From: Enterobacteria phage ATK47
Strand: one strand, 5' to 3'
Sequence record: NC_055708.1
Length of the DNA: 64,000 nt
Part shown: in pieces, positions 19,205 through 29,146 of the stretch
Layout: each line of letters begins with the position of its first letter
Numbering within the stretch: position 1 is the first letter of the stretch
Made by a program: the position numbers and the translations under genes
Notes under the pieces: generated by a model
Databases searched by the model: none
The model's input: only the letters and a program-made list of their open reading frames with translations
What the model was told of the DNA's origin: nothing

Positions 19205-20977
19205 TTAATTAACACCGGTGGCATGGAAAATTCCAGGAGCCGTTGTACTTGTTACAGGGGTCATATTCTGGACTACGGTATTCTTTTTGACGACATTATT
19301 TGTGTTACTAATCGACGCTACCGGTTGCTGTTGTTTAGATTCAGAAGCACGCCCTTTCTCTATTGACTGAACTTGTTTTGCTTCTGGAGATTTAGACGAA
19401 GATTCAGGCTTAACTGTTGTCTGAGCCTTTTTGGCTTCAGCCATTTTATTATTTAGCTTTTCAAATCTAGCATCTATTTCCTTTTTAACAACAGGAGTTT
19501 TATTAAGTTCAGGGTCTTTAATAAGTTTACTTAAATCAGCATAAGACTTCTCGACGTTTTTAGCATTTTCCGGATTAGTCATATCGATTTTATCGATATA
19601 ATCCTCAAATCTAACCAGTGCCGCACGAGTTTCATTAGCTTTTATATATGCCTCTTTACGCTCCTCTTCAGGTAGCTCTTTTAATTTTGCTGATTCCGCT
19701 GCACGCTCATCGCTTGTACTAAACTCTTCTTTATTGTCATTACCACGAACCCAGTTAGTAACGAATGTTTTGCCGCGTTGTAACATATCAAGACCTTTAG
19801 AAACGGTTCCTAATTCCCCATCGTCACGCTTCATTTGATATTTAGCGACTTTCTCTTGGTCTTCTTTCTTTAATTTGTTCCCGGTAGTTTCTTGGAATCC
19901 TTCTAAAGCACGTCCTTCTATTTCGTCCGCGGTATCACCAAAACCTATAGCACGCAATATAGACGCGGAGAGTTTAGCCATTCCTAATTGAATTAGTTCA
20001 CCTAAGTTCATTAATGCTGTTCCTACACCTTTGACAATAGCAACGGTTAAACCACCCCAGTCTCCAGCTTCCCACAATTGTTTTATCGAGTCAATAGAAG
20101 TGAATATATCACTTAAGAATTTACCCCACTCTTTAGCTTCGTCGGAGAATTTAGTAAAGTTTTCATCAAATAAATCCCAGGCAGAAGTGAACTTGTCTGT
20201 CCAATATTTGAAATGGACTATCAATAAATCAATACCGATAACAATACCAAGAATAAGTGCGGCCATTTTTGCTGCTTCAATAGCAGCCGTTATAGTGTAT
20301 TTGAAAAGCATTCCAGCAATTCTGTCTGAAATTGATATTGATTTATTAAACCCGGCTTGAACTGTTTTGGTGAGCATTGCAATTTTATCGCTCAATTTAA
20401 AGCTAATCCCGCCTTTAGAATCGGAAGTAGAATTAGCACTTTCTTGAACCGGTGCTGGGAAGAAATCTTCATCTGGCTTATTATCAATCTTTTCAGGTGT
20501 AGGTAATGCTTTAAACAACTCATCAGAAGTTTCGTTCTCAACCACTTTAACAGGTATTGCGTTCTCAATTACTTCAAGAGAGGTGCCTCCTGTATTTTGA
20601 ATAGCGGTAGATGTTTGTAATTTTTGCTCTAATAATGTAGCTAATCGGTCTAACTTAGAGCTTATTGCACTAGAAACTTCGTTTATACTTTTAGTGACTT
20701 CAGTTTGTTTTTCAATAACTTCTGCGATAAGCTCTGTGCCTTCAGCAGTATTATCTGTCGAATTCTTTAAGTCTCCAATTGATTCAATAATTCCATTGCC
20801 TTTATCTTCTACACTTTGCGATGTGAGTTCAGACGCGGCTTGGACATCGTCTAGTTTTGATGAAATGTTATTCAATGCTTCTAATGAATCGGTAGCTGCG
20901 GTTGCAGCTACTTTTTGTGGTTTATTATCGGCAATGACCTTATTTCTACGCATGGATTTCATTTCTTCAGGTTTCAT
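19205..20977 (-). CDS. 29: Tail-length tape measure / baseplate hub protein gp29
   Basis: 590 aa, the same as T4 gp29; synteny. Confidence 0.85.
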   Translation of the reverse strand: MKPEEMKSMRRNKVIADNKPQKVAATAATDSLEALNNISSKLDDVQAASELTSQSVEDKGNGIIESIGDLKNSTDNTAEGTELIAEVIEKQTEVTKSINEVSSAISSKLDRLATLLEQKLQTSTAIQNTGGTSLEVIENAIPVKVVENETSDELFKALPTPEKIDNKPDEDFFPAPVQESANSTSDSKGGISFKLSDKIAMLTKTVQAGFNKSISISDRIAGMLFKYTITAAIEAAKMAALILGIVIGIDLLIVHFKYWTDKFTSAWDLFDENFTKFSDEAKEWGKFLSDIFTSIDSIKQLWEAGDWGGLTVAIVKGVGTALMNLGELIQLGMAKLSASILRAIGFGDTADEIEGRALEGFQETTGNKLKKEDQEKVAKYQMKRDDGELGTVSKGLDMLQRGKTFVTNWVRGNDNKEEFSTSDERAAESAKLKELPEEERKEAYIKANETRAALVRFEDYIDKIDMTNPENAKNVEKSYADLSKLIKDPELNKTPVVKKEIDARFEKLNNKMAEAKKAQTTVKPESSSKSPEAKQVQSIEKGRASESKQQQPVASISNTNNVVKKNTVVQNMTPVTSTTAPGIFHATGVN

Positions 20978-21507
20978 TCAAGCAATCCAATAATTTCTGC
21001 TATACCCTTAATAGGGCCATTAGGGCCTGGAATAGCAATAGTTGTCGAAAGGTCTTCTGCCCATTTGATTACAAAAGCAGGCATCTCAAGGAAAGAAATT
21101 TCTTTCTCTTCGTCATTAACTTTTATTAAGCAATTTGATAGCATTTCACTGATTGTAGCGAATTGTTCAAATTTGCCTGGGGGTCTAAAATAAAAAGTAT
21201 TACCTTGAAATTGGAATTCTGTTCGTTGGCATACATAGACGTCATCTAGTTTATAAGTGAATCCATCTTTTTCAACTTCAGACTTAAGTTTGTTATTAAA
21301 TTCCAATATGTGTAGACATGCAAAATCAAAATCTGCGGGACTCATATTTTTACAAATAGAATCAGCTAAGATTTTCATGTTTTCGTCAGGGCCTTTAACG
21401 TCCTTTAAAAGATTATAATGTTTGAGCCCTAATTTGGGAATCATTACCTTTTTATTAGACTGTGGTAGAATTATTTTCTTTAGAGGTAGAATCAGATTTA
21501 AGTTCAT
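20974..21507 (-). CDS. 28: Baseplate distal hub subunit gp28
   Basis: 177 aa; N-terminus [11 protein letters not shown] matches T4 gp28 as I recall it. Confidence 0.8.
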   Translation of the reverse strand: MNLNLILPLKKIILPQSNKKVMIPKLGLKHYNLLKDVKGPDENMKILADSICKNMSPADFDFACLHILEFNNKLKSEVEKDGFTYKLDDVYVCQRTEFQFQGNTFYFRPPGKFEQFATISEMLSNCLIKVNDEEKEISFLEMPAFVIKWAEDLSTTIAIPGPNGPIKGIAEIIGLLE

Positions 21508-22627
21508 TTTTAACCTTAACTGGGTTAACAGGTTCTAACACCATTGAGTTGGTAAACATGTACAGATGAGTTTGTGAGTTGTTATTTGATAACTCATGAA
21601 TAACTTCATCCACGTAAAATTCGGATTTGAATTGGTTCTTTTGGTCAACAAATATAATTTTAGTAGCAGGCGTTATGTTAAAATTACCTGTAGTAGTGCA
21701 TTTAGCATAACCGTCGTATTGAGCCATTGTCTGAAGACGACTTGCTTCTTCAAATCCATTACGATAGGTCATTTCGGAATATCCGCCGGATCTTGACACA
21801 AGAATAGCATTATCACCATCACCTGTAACAATAACCGGAATAGATGTATCTAAAAATGAATGGGCGAATATTGTGGCGTTTTTAATAGGGTCTCTTGTAA
21901 ATTGGTTGGCTTTAGTCATCCAGGTAAAATCCCATACTAATGGATACTCAAGCTCTTGAATATACTGACCTACAGTATTTGGCTCGCCTACAATCATCTT
22001 AATGCCTTCCTGACCAATAAGAGTATCGTAGTCAATCATGTTTACGCCTAAAATATCTTGCCATACGAATACGAACTTATCACTCGCTGTAGCAAGTCCT
22101 AATTCTCTGACATATGCCAAATAATCATCAAATGTGCTTGTCCAAGGAATATCAGGAACATAAGCATTAATAGTGTTTATTGGCGGAGTAATTAACGTAC
22201 GGTCTTTGTATATGACACCTAACATTTCACGTATAGATTCTCCTGCGTCTGGAAAGAACGGTCGCCCAAATTTAAGGTTCTCTATAGAATGTATTGTTCC
22301 AAGCTCAATTGCAATAATATTGTCACCTTTTGAGTCCACAGACACAGAATAATGTCTACATCCGTAAATTCGAGTTCTAACTTGGAGAGGTGTGTTTGAA
22401 TTTGAAACAGAGATTTGGACTATCTGTCTACCATCCATTTTAGTGTGGATGTTTTTAGTGTCATAAAATTGAAGAATCCCTTCATTTCTTCCATATAGCG
22501 AATCTCGCATGGTTAAAGTTGTTATTGTTGCTGCGAGTTCAACGTATCTATTTTCTTGCCAAGCCGAATAATCTTGGTATAATTTAACGCTTAAGTTAGG
22601 ATATCCTGGACGTTGGAATACTGTCAT
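21455..22627 (-). CDS. 27: Baseplate hub subunit gp27
   Basis: 390 aa (T4 gp27 is 391); 3' end overlaps the gp28 start by 53 nt. Confidence 0.85.
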   Translation of the reverse strand: MTVFQRPGYPNLSVKLYQDYSAWQENRYVELAATITTLTMRDSLYGRNEGILQFYDTKNIHTKMDGRQIVQISVSNSNTPLQVRTRIYGCRHYSVSVDSKGDNIIAIELGTIHSIENLKFGRPFFPDAGESIREMLGVIYKDRTLITPPINTINAYVPDIPWTSTFDDYLAYVRELGLATASDKFVFVWQDILGVNMIDYDTLIGQEGIKMIVGEPNTVGQYIQELEYPLVWDFTWMTKANQFTRDPIKNATIFAHSFLDTSIPVIVTGDGDNAILVSRSGGYSEMTYRNGFEEASRLQTMAQYDGYAKCTTTGNFNITPATKIIFVDQKNQFKSEFYVDEVIHELSNNNSQTHLYMFTNSMVLEPVNPVKVKNELKSDSTSKENNSTTV

Positions 22628-23376
22628 TTTTTATGGTCCTTTTCTACTAATGTTAAAGCAATACCACGTTCAACAGGAATCATTTGCATAATAGAATCCA
22701 ATGTGTATTGACTCTTTACTAGTGAATGGTTTATCTGATAGAATGTAAAAATCTCATCAGGGTTAACTAACAATTTAAAAACCTCTAAGATATCAGTATA
22801 TGTTTTAACATGATGTTCACAACAACCTAATCTAAGGGTCAAATTAATAGGGTTCATAGAAGCAATAACCTTCTCGAGCGAGTCAATGTCTATTGCTTCT
22901 ATTACTTGGATTTGGTTCTCTTCAGTCAAATCATTCCATGGGTACCATTCATCGTTATAATATATTTCTTTTATGTTTTCACTTATCATTAATGCTTTGT
23001 TGTCATAAAACTTTTCAGGGAAAGAAAAACGTATTTTTATACCAGCAACATCAAGTTCAGGTTCGACTAGTTCTTTTTGATATATCTCAAATGGTGCAGT
23101 TTTTTCTTTAGAGCATTTAGGGCAAGTGAAAATAACGGGAACTTTTGTTTTGCCTATAGAGCCTGCGAAAACTTGCAGGAATATAAATGGTTGCCATGTT
23201 TTAGGGTACTCGCCAAAATAATCATCAATCAGATCGGCAATTATTTCTTTTTGTTCTTGTGGCGAACGATGTTCGATATCATTTCTAACTAGTAAAAAGT
23301 CTCTATAATCCGCCACAGTGAACGGCTTAAAACGATGAACACCATCCGGTAATTTACAACGAATTATATTAGCCAT
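22624..23376 (-). CDS. 51: Baseplate hub assembly catalyst gp51
   Basis: 250 aa (T4 gp51 is 249); first gene of the hub operon, directly downstream of a late promoter. Confidence 0.8.
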   Translation of the reverse strand: MANIIRCKLPDGVHRFKPFTVADYRDFLLVRNDIEHRSPQEQKEIIADLIDDYFGEYPKTWQPFIFLQVFAGSIGKTKVPVIFTCPKCSKEKTAPFEIYQKELVEPELDVAGIKIRFSFPEKFYDNKALMISENIKEIYYNDEWYPWNDLTEENQIQVIEAIDIDSLEKVIASMNPINLTLRLGCCEHHVKTYTDILEVFKLLVNPDEIFTFYQINHSLVKSQYTLDSIMQMIPVERGIALTLVEKDHKK

Positions 23377-23393
23377 AATTACTCCTTTTCTAT

Positions 23394-23405
23394 TATTTAT
23401 AAATA
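23394..23405. promoter_or_regulatory. Overlapping divergent late promoters (TATTTATAAATA) for gene 51 (minus) and gene 26 (plus)
   Basis: Plus-strand TATAAATA at 23398-23405 and its reverse complement at 23394-23401 overlap by 4 nt; AAGGAG Shine-Dalgarno on both sides. Confidence 0.75.
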
Positions 23406-23423
23406 CACAATAAAGGAGTTAAC

Positions 23424-24050
23424 ATGTACAAATATACGTTTACCGTACGTTTAGGCGATAAAGAAGTGAATTGTAGAGCCTTTACTTTAAAAGAATATTT
23501 AGGACTCATAGGTGCTCGGGCTACCGGTACTATTGAATCAGCAGTAAACAATATTATCACTAATTGCTCTAACGCTAAAAACTTGACTAAACAAGAAGCC
23601 GAGTTATTGTTGGTAAATCTGTGGGCACATTCATTAGGTGAAGTGAATCAAGAACACACCTGGAATTGTTCCTGTGGGCATTCATTTCAAGTCTATATGA
23701 ATTTATTGCACACTCAATTAGATGAACAGGCCGATCCCTGGTATTCGTTCAGCGGTATTAAAATTAAGTTCCGTCAACCTAAATTATTTGATGATAAAAA
23801 TATCGCATTAATGATTGCTTCATGTATTGAGGCTGTTTTTGTCAATGGAGAGTCCATCCCTGTTGAAGATTTAACTGAAGCAGAAATAAACGACCTTTAC
23901 GGCCTTATAACAGAAGATGACATGATCAATATTAAAAATCTTTTGGTGTCGCCATCAATTTATCTGGCAACCCCTATTAAATGTCCCAAATGTGGGGCGT
24001 CACACGTTCACACAATACGAGGCCTCAAAGAATTCTTTGAGTTACTATAA
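23424..24050 (+). CDS. 26: Baseplate hub subunit gp26
   Basis: 208 aa, the same as T4 gp26; synteny. Confidence 0.8.
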   Translation: MYKYTFTVRLGDKEVNCRAFTLKEYLGLIGARATGTIESAVNNIITNCSNAKNLTKQEAELLLVNLWAHSLGEVNQEHTWNCSCGHSFQVYMNLLHTQLDEQADPWYSFSGIKIKFRQPKLFDDKNIALMIASCIEAVFVNGESIPVEDLTEAEINDLYGLITEDDMINIKNLLVSPSIYLATPIKCPKCGASHVHTIRGLKEFFELL

Positions 24051-24051
24051 T

Positions 24052-24450
24052 ATGTCTAATATCAATAAACTTTATTCAGATATCGACCCAGAAATGCGTA
24101 TGGATTGGAACAAGGACGTTGCTCGTTCTGTAGGACTTCGTTCTATTAAAAATAGTCTTCTTGGCATAGTGACAACTAGAAAAGGCTCACGCCCCTTCGA
24201 CCCTGAATTTGGATGCGATTTGGTTGATGAACTTTTCGAGAACATGACACCACTTACAGCCGATACGATTGAGCGTAATATCCAGGCAGCTGTTCGTAAC
24301 TATGAGCCACGCATCGACAAACTTTCTGTAAGTGTAACACCAGTATATGATGACTATACGGTTATAGTAGAGATTAGATTTTCGGTTGTAGACAACCCTG
24401 ACGATATTGAACAAATTAAACTTCAGTTAGCGTCAAGCAATAGAGTGTAA
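24052..24450 (+). CDS. 25: Baseplate wedge subunit gp25
   Basis: 132 aa; MSNINKLYSDIDPEM ... QLASSNRV matches T4 gp25 as I recall it; the ORF-track entry (23992) is an upstream extension. Confidence 0.9.
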   Translation: MSNINKLYSDIDPEMRMDWNKDVARSVGLRSIKNSLLGIVTTRKGSRPFDPEFGCDLVDELFENMTPLTADTIERNIQAAVRNYEPRIDKLSVSVTPVYDDYTVIVEIRFSVVDNPDDIEQIKLQLASSNRV

Positions 24451-24475
24451 TGCTTCAAGGCAACCTATGTATAAT
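24449..24475 (+). promoter_or_regulatory. T4 middle-type promoter (MotA box AATGCTTCA plus TATAAT) upstream of uvsY
   Basis: MotA-box-like sequence at 24449-24457 and TATAAT at 24470-24475, 12 nt apart. Confidence 0.5.
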
Positions 24476-24530
24476 GGTTTTAGGTCCTTCCGATACAGCC
24501 GGGAGATTATTAGTTAAAAGAGAGAATATT

Positions 24531-24944
24531 ATGAAGCTGGAAGATTTACAGGAAGAGTTAGACGCAGACTTAGCTATTGATACGACAAAGTTGCAATACG
24601 AGACGGCGAATAATGTTAAGTTATACAGCAAATGGCTACGTAAGCACTCATTTATTCGTAAAGAAATGTTGCGTATAGAGACTCAGAAGAAAACTGCTCT
24701 AAAAGCAAGATTAGACTACTACTCGGGACGAGGTGATGGTGATGAATTCAGTATGGACCGATACGAGAAATCTGAAATGAAAACTGTCTTGGCCGCAGAT
24801 AAAGATGTGCTTAAAATAGAGACTACTTTACAATACTGGGGAATTTTACTTGAGTTCTGTAGTGGGGCACTTGACGCAGTTAAGTCTCGTAGTTTTGCAC
24901 TTAAACATATTCAAGATATGCGAGAATTTGAAGCGGGGCAATAA
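24531..24944 (+). CDS. uvsY: Recombination mediator UvsY
   Basis: 137 aa from the ATG at 24531; MKLEDLQEEL ... RLDYYSGRGDGDEFSMDRYEKSEMKTVL matches T4 UvsY as I recall it. Confidence 0.9.
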   Translation: MKLEDLQEELDADLAIDTTKLQYETANNVKLYSKWLRKHSFIRKEMLRIETQKKTALKARLDYYSGRGDGDEFSMDRYEKSEMKTVLAADKDVLKIETTLQYWGILLEFCSGALDAVKSRSFALKHIQDMREFEAGQ

Positions 24945-25168
24945 TGCGTTATTCAATTGAAGATGCCTTTAATAATGATGAAGAATTTGAAACCGAAATT
25001 AAATTCTTAATGGAAAAGTATCGTCTACGACGTCAGGATATTCGTATCCTGGCAGACCATCCTTGCGGCGAAGACGTCCTTTATATTAAAGGGAAGTTTG
25101 CCGGGTACATCGACGAGTATTTTTATACAAAAGATATGGGTATTGATATGTGCATGCGAGTAGTATAA
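24944..25168 (+). CDS. Hypothetical protein, 74 aa (uvsY.-1 position)
   Basis: ATG overlaps the uvsY stop (TAATG). Confidence 0.5.
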   Translation: MRYSIEDAFNNDEEFETEIKFLMEKYRLRRQDIRILADHPCGEDVLYIKGKFAGYIDEYFYTKDMGIDMCMRVV

Positions 25169-25200
25169 ATAGATATGTAATTTCAACTTAGGAGGCAATC

Positions 25201-25368
25201 ATGTCAGATAAGATTTGTGTTGTCTGTAAAACTCCAATCGATTCTGCATTGGTTGTTGAAACAGACAAAGGTCCAGCACATCCTGGTCCTTGTTATAATT
25301 ATGTACAACAATTGCCGGTTTCAGAAAGTTCAGAAGAGCAATTGAACGAAACCCAACTTTTACTATAG
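25201..25368 (+). CDS. Small Cys-rich protein, 55 aa (uvsY.-2 position; below the ORF-track cutoff)
   Basis: AGGAGG Shine-Dalgarno then ATG at 25201, read manually: MSDKICVVCKTPIDSALVVETDKGPAHPGPCYNYVQQ...; two Cys pairs suggest a zinc ribbon. Confidence 0.4.
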   Translation: MSDKICVVCKTPIDSALVVETDKGPAHPGPCYNYVQQLPVSESSEEQLNETQLLL

Positions 25369-25394
25369 TGTTACCTTTTTGCCTATGGTTTTTG

Positions 25395-25423
25395 GCCCTT
25401 CCAAAAAGGTCGGGCCTTTTTTT
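25395..25423 (+). terminator. Rho-independent terminator (GGCCC ... GGGCC plus T7)
   Basis: 5-bp GC stem with a 12-nt loop followed by TTTTTTT. Confidence 0.6.
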
Positions 25424-25425
25424 AA

Positions 25426-25659
25426 TTAGAAGTCTTCTTCCTCATCCTCATCATCGTCGCCTTCAAGTTCGGCACGCTTACCTGCTAAGGCATCCCTGAC
25501 AGAAATATCATCTGTATCTTTTAATTCCGTTTCTTTTATACGTTTCTTATAATAAGCTTCCAATTCTTCAAGCCCTTCTAAGGTATGACAACTAGCAATT
25601 TTACCCATGAATTCGTCAATAGATGCTTCGTATAAAAATTGTTTAAATTCAAGTACCAT
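25426..25659 (-). CDS. UvsW.1-like small acidic protein, 77 aa
   Basis: Directly downstream of uvsW on the same strand; acidic C-terminus ...DDDEDEEEDF. Confidence 0.55.
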   Translation of the reverse strand: MVLEFKQFLYEASIDEFMGKIASCHTLEGLEELEAYYKKRIKETELKDTDDISVRDALAGKRAELEGDDDEDEEEDF

Positions 25660-25670
25660 TTTTATCTCCT

Positions 25671-25686
25671 AAGGGCCGAAGCCCTT
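25671..25686 (-). other. UUCG-tetraloop hairpin between uvsW and uvsW.1
   Basis: AAGGGC-CGAA-GCCCTT on the plus strand, giving a UUCG loop on the minus-strand transcript. Confidence 0.45.
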
Positions 25687-27199
25687 ATAAATTAATTGTT
25701 TTCATTACATAGTTAAATTTCTCATCAGCGTAACGTTGGATACGATCAATACCGTGTTTTAACAAGTAATTAAGATGAGTATACTTCTTTTTAGTATTTA
25801 ATGATTTAGGTTTTACACCTGCGTCATCGATGAGATCCCAAACTGTAGCAACAGCTTTAGAACCATGCTTACGAAGCACACGACCTACTGTTTGAAGTAC
25901 GATAATTTTTGATTTAACACCATGGGCAAAAATAACATGATGAAGATTCTTGACTGAAATACCAGTAGAGAATACTCCATATGATGCGACAATAATAATG
26001 CCTTTACCATTTTCTGCCATGACTTTAAGCGCGTTACGTGTTTCAGTATCAACTTCACCTGATACGTAATAAACTTTTTCGTATCCAAGCTCTTTAATAG
26101 CTTCAAATATTTCTTTACCATGTGTAACGTGTTTAAACATTACAAAGGCGTTCTCGTCTTTCTTAGCCAATTTGACTGAAAGTTGAGCAATCCACTTTGT
26201 ACGTCGTTTTAGTCCGGTAATAATTTTAACTTCTTCTTGGTATGTTTTACCTTTTAATTTAATGGCGAATTCGTCCGGATAACGAAGGAAAATACTATTA
26301 ATCTTAAGCTCAGTTACCTGTCCGTCTTCCATTAATTTAGACGTGCTAACAGGACGGAAGATTTCACCGAACATTCCTACGTACTGCATTACATTGGCTT
26401 TTCCGTCTCTTAATGAGCCGGATAAACCGAATTTAAACATGCAATTATTTAATCCTGAGATGATTGAAGAAATACTTTTGCCTGTTGCTAAGTGGCATTC
26501 ATCGTTCATCATCATACCGAACTGAGAGAACCATTCTTTAGGCTGCTTAACTACCGTTTGCCATGTGCCAACAATAATTGGAGCGTCGTTTTTAGATTTG
26601 TCTGCTTTATCAGCACCACCGCCAATTTTCTTAATCATCGAATGACTAAACAAGCGATAATCAACAAAATCATTAGCCATTTGGGTTGTCAATGCTGTTG
26701 TAGGGACGATAATGAGAATTTTACCTTCATAGTTCTCTAGATAATATCGAGCTAAAAGTGCTTGGATTAGTGATTTACCTGCTGATGTCGGAAGGTTTAA
26801 AATTCGACGACGATTAACTAGTCCTTCATATACTGCATCTTTTTGATACCAATGTGGTTCGATTTTGGTGTTGCCCGAATAAATTTCTTGTTTAGAAAGC
26901 CATGCGTCAAAATCTTCCCTAGTAAGGTCTTCGGTCTCAAAGATTTTAGGGTCAATCCATACAGAATAACTCATATTGTTACAGAACTTTTTTATTTGTC
27001 CTACAAGTCCATATGGTAACAAACGATTGTAATCTAAAAGTCGAATTCTACCATCCCATTGCCCATAGCGATATTTTGGGTTAAATTTATACCCGTCAGC
27101 TTCAAAGCTAAAAAAGTCACGAAGTTCGTAAAACGTACTTTCGTCGCATTCAATGCGCACGTGACTAAAATCATAAAAATGTACTTTAATGTCAGTCAT
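25685..27199 (-). CDS. uvsW: UvsW DNA/RNA helicase (SF2)
   Basis: 504 aa (T4 UvsW is about 503); Walker A-like PTSAGKS and DECH box. Confidence 0.9.
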   Translation of the reverse strand: MTDIKVHFYDFSHVRIECDESTFYELRDFFSFEADGYKFNPKYRYGQWDGRIRLLDYNRLLPYGLVGQIKKFCNNMSYSVWIDPKIFETEDLTREDFDAWLSKQEIYSGNTKIEPHWYQKDAVYEGLVNRRRILNLPTSAGKSLIQALLARYYLENYEGKILIIVPTTALTTQMANDFVDYRLFSHSMIKKIGGGADKADKSKNDAPIIVGTWQTVVKQPKEWFSQFGMMMNDECHLATGKSISSIISGLNNCMFKFGLSGSLRDGKANVMQYVGMFGEIFRPVSTSKLMEDGQVTELKINSIFLRYPDEFAIKLKGKTYQEEVKIITGLKRRTKWIAQLSVKLAKKDENAFVMFKHVTHGKEIFEAIKELGYEKVYYVSGEVDTETRNALKVMAENGKGIIIVASYGVFSTGISVKNLHHVIFAHGVKSKIIVLQTVGRVLRKHGSKAVATVWDLIDDAGVKPKSLNTKKKYTHLNYLLKHGIDRIQRYADEKFNYVMKTINL

Positions 27200-27228
27200 G
27201 TCAAATTACCATGTAATAAATATAGTTA

Positions 27229-27236
27229 TATTTATA
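27229..27236 (-). promoter_or_regulatory. T4 late promoter TATAAATA for uvsW
   Basis: Reverse complement of TATAAATA at 27229-27236, about 30 nt upstream of the uvsW start codon. Confidence 0.6.
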
Positions 27237-27249
27237 ATGAGGAAATATC

Positions 27250-27918
27250 ATGATCGATAAAGACTATATTGAAGAGTTACGTGCTCTTTCTGATAAAAAG
27301 GAAGCCAAAGCTAAACTGTTTGAATATGCGGAACAATTTGGTATTAGTGTTAAGAAAACAAAATCATTCGATAATATTGTTATTGATATCGAAGAAGCTC
27401 TTAACGCGCTGGCTGATGAACCATTACCTGAAACTGATGGATTATCTATCACTGATTTAATTACTGCCGCAGATGATGTAGACGGTGTTAATTTCACCAA
27501 CGAAGAAGTTAAAGAAGAAGCTATTCTGTTGTTTGATTCTCCAACAGAACAAGTTGAAGTATTAGAAGTTGTCGAACAAGAAATAGAATTCGACCATGAT
27601 AAATTTGAAGAAGCAATTACTCAGGTTGTTGAATCTGAAAAAGAGCCTGAGCCAGAAGTAAATAAAGAAGTAAAATTTGTTCTGCCTGAAAATTTTAGTC
27701 CTACACTCATTAAATTAGGCAAAGGCCCAGGATATGTTACTGTTCCTTGGTGGATTTATCAATGGATAGCCGAAACACCTGATTGGAAATCTCGCCCAAC
27801 CAGTTTTGTGCACGCTTCTGCTCACCAAACATTATTTAGCTTAATTTATTATATTAATCGCGATGGATCAGTTCTAATTCGCGAAACTCGTAATTCTTCT
27901 TTCGTAACATTAAAATAA
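27250..27918 (+). CDS. Inh-like protein (candidate prohead protease inhibitor), assigned by position
   Basis: 222 aa, strongly acidic, immediately upstream of hoc as in T4; no motif confirmation. Confidence 0.45.
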   Translation: MIDKDYIEELRALSDKKEAKAKLFEYAEQFGISVKKTKSFDNIVIDIEEALNALADEPLPETDGLSITDLITAADDVDGVNFTNEEVKEEAILLFDSPTEQVEVLEVVEQEIEFDHDKFEEAITQVVESEKEPEPEVNKEVKFVLPENFSPTLIKLGKGPGYVTVPWWIYQWIAETPDWKSRPTSFVHASAHQTLFSLIYYINRDGSVLIRETRNSSFVTLK

Positions 27919-27927
27919 GGATAACTT

Positions 27928-29058
27928 ATGGCTTTTACAGTTGATATAACTCCTAAAACGCCTACTGGAGTTATAGATGAGACTAAGCAGTTTACTGCTA
28001 CTCCCAGTGGTGAAACTGGAGGTGGAACTATTACCTATGCATGGAGTGTAGACGATGCTCCTCAAGTAGGATCGGCAGAAACTTTTGATTATGTGTTAAA
28101 GGGTCCTGCTGGAACAAAAACAATTAAAGTTGTTGCAACAAACACAGTCCCAGATACTGATGCTGAAACAGCAGAAGCTACTACAACTATTACAGTCAAA
28201 AACAAAACTCAGACGACTACCTTAGCCGTATCTCCCAATAGTCCTCCAGCAGGAGTAATTGGAACAGCTGTTAAATTTACCGCTGCTTTGGCTTCACAGC
28301 CATCAGGTGCATCTGCTACATATCAATGGCATGTTGACGGTTCTCCTGTAAGCGAAGCGACTAGCGCTACATTCAATTACACTCCTACCACAAGCGGAGT
28401 TAAAAAAATCAAGTGTGTAGCTCAAGTAACTGCGGCAAATTATGATGCAAAAACCGTTACTTCTAATGAAGTATCACTGACTGTTAATAAGAAGACAATG
28501 AATCCACAGGTTACATTGACTCCTCCTTCTATTAATGTCCAGCAAGATGCTTCGGCTACATTTACTGCTAATGTGACTGGTGCTCCAGAAGAAGCACAAA
28601 TTACCTATTCATGGAAGAAAGATTCTTCTCCTGTAGAAGGATCGACTAATGTGTATACAGTTGATACTTCTACTGTTGGAAGTCAAACTATTGAAGTGAC
28701 TGCAACTGTTACTGCAACTGATTATGATAGCAAAACTGTTACATCAGAAGGTCAAGTTCAGGTAACTGATAAAGTTGCTCCAGAACCAGAAGGTGAACTA
28801 CCTTATGTTCATCCTCTTCCACATCGTACTTCAGCTTACATCTGGTGCGGATGGTGGGTTATGGATGAAATCCAAAAAATGACTGAAGAAGGTAAAGATT
28901 GGAAAACTGAAGATCCAGATAGTAAATACTACCTGCATCGTTACACTCTTCAGAAGATGATGAAAGACTACCCAGAAGTTGATGTTCAAGAATCACGTAA
29001 TGGATACATCATCCATAAAACTGCTTTGGAAACTGGTATCATCTATACATATCCATAA
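27928..29058 (+). CDS. hoc: Hoc, highly immunogenic outer capsid protein with Ig-like domains
   Basis: 376 aa, the same as T4 Hoc; three tandem repeats each carrying a TY(A/Q/S)W...D..P motif, typical of Ig-like domains. Confidence 0.85.
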   Translation: MAFTVDITPKTPTGVIDETKQFTATPSGETGGGTITYAWSVDDAPQVGSAETFDYVLKGPAGTKTIKVVATNTVPDTDAETAEATTTITVKNKTQTTTLAVSPNSPPAGVIGTAVKFTAALASQPSGASATYQWHVDGSPVSEATSATFNYTPTTSGVKKIKCVAQVTAANYDAKTVTSNEVSLTVNKKTMNPQVTLTPPSINVQQDASATFTANVTGAPEEAQITYSWKKDSSPVEGSTNVYTVDTSTVGSQTIEVTATVTATDYDSKTVTSEGQVQVTDKVAPEPEGELPYVHPLPHRTSAYIWCGWWVMDEIQKMTEEGKDWKTEDPDSKYYLHRYTLQKMMKDYPEVDVQESRNGYIIHKTALETGIIYTYP

Positions 29059-29063
29059 TCGTA

Positions 29064-29091
29064 AGGGGCTTCGGCCCCTTTCTTCGTTTTT
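29064..29091 (+). terminator. Rho-independent terminator after hoc (AGGGGC-TTCG-GCCCCT plus T-rich tail)
   Basis: 6-bp GC stem, UUCG loop and TTCTTCGTTTTT seen in sequence. Confidence 0.65.
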
Positions 29092-29146
29092 AAAGCATAA
29101 AAACACAACTTGAGATTGATGTATATAATGGCACCAACTCGATAAC

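Noticed and set aside
27200-27249. Homing endonuclease (segE-type) between uvsW and inh
   Set aside because: T4 carries a Seg gene near here as I recall it, but this window has only a 50-nt gap holding the uvsW late promoter. No ORF is present.
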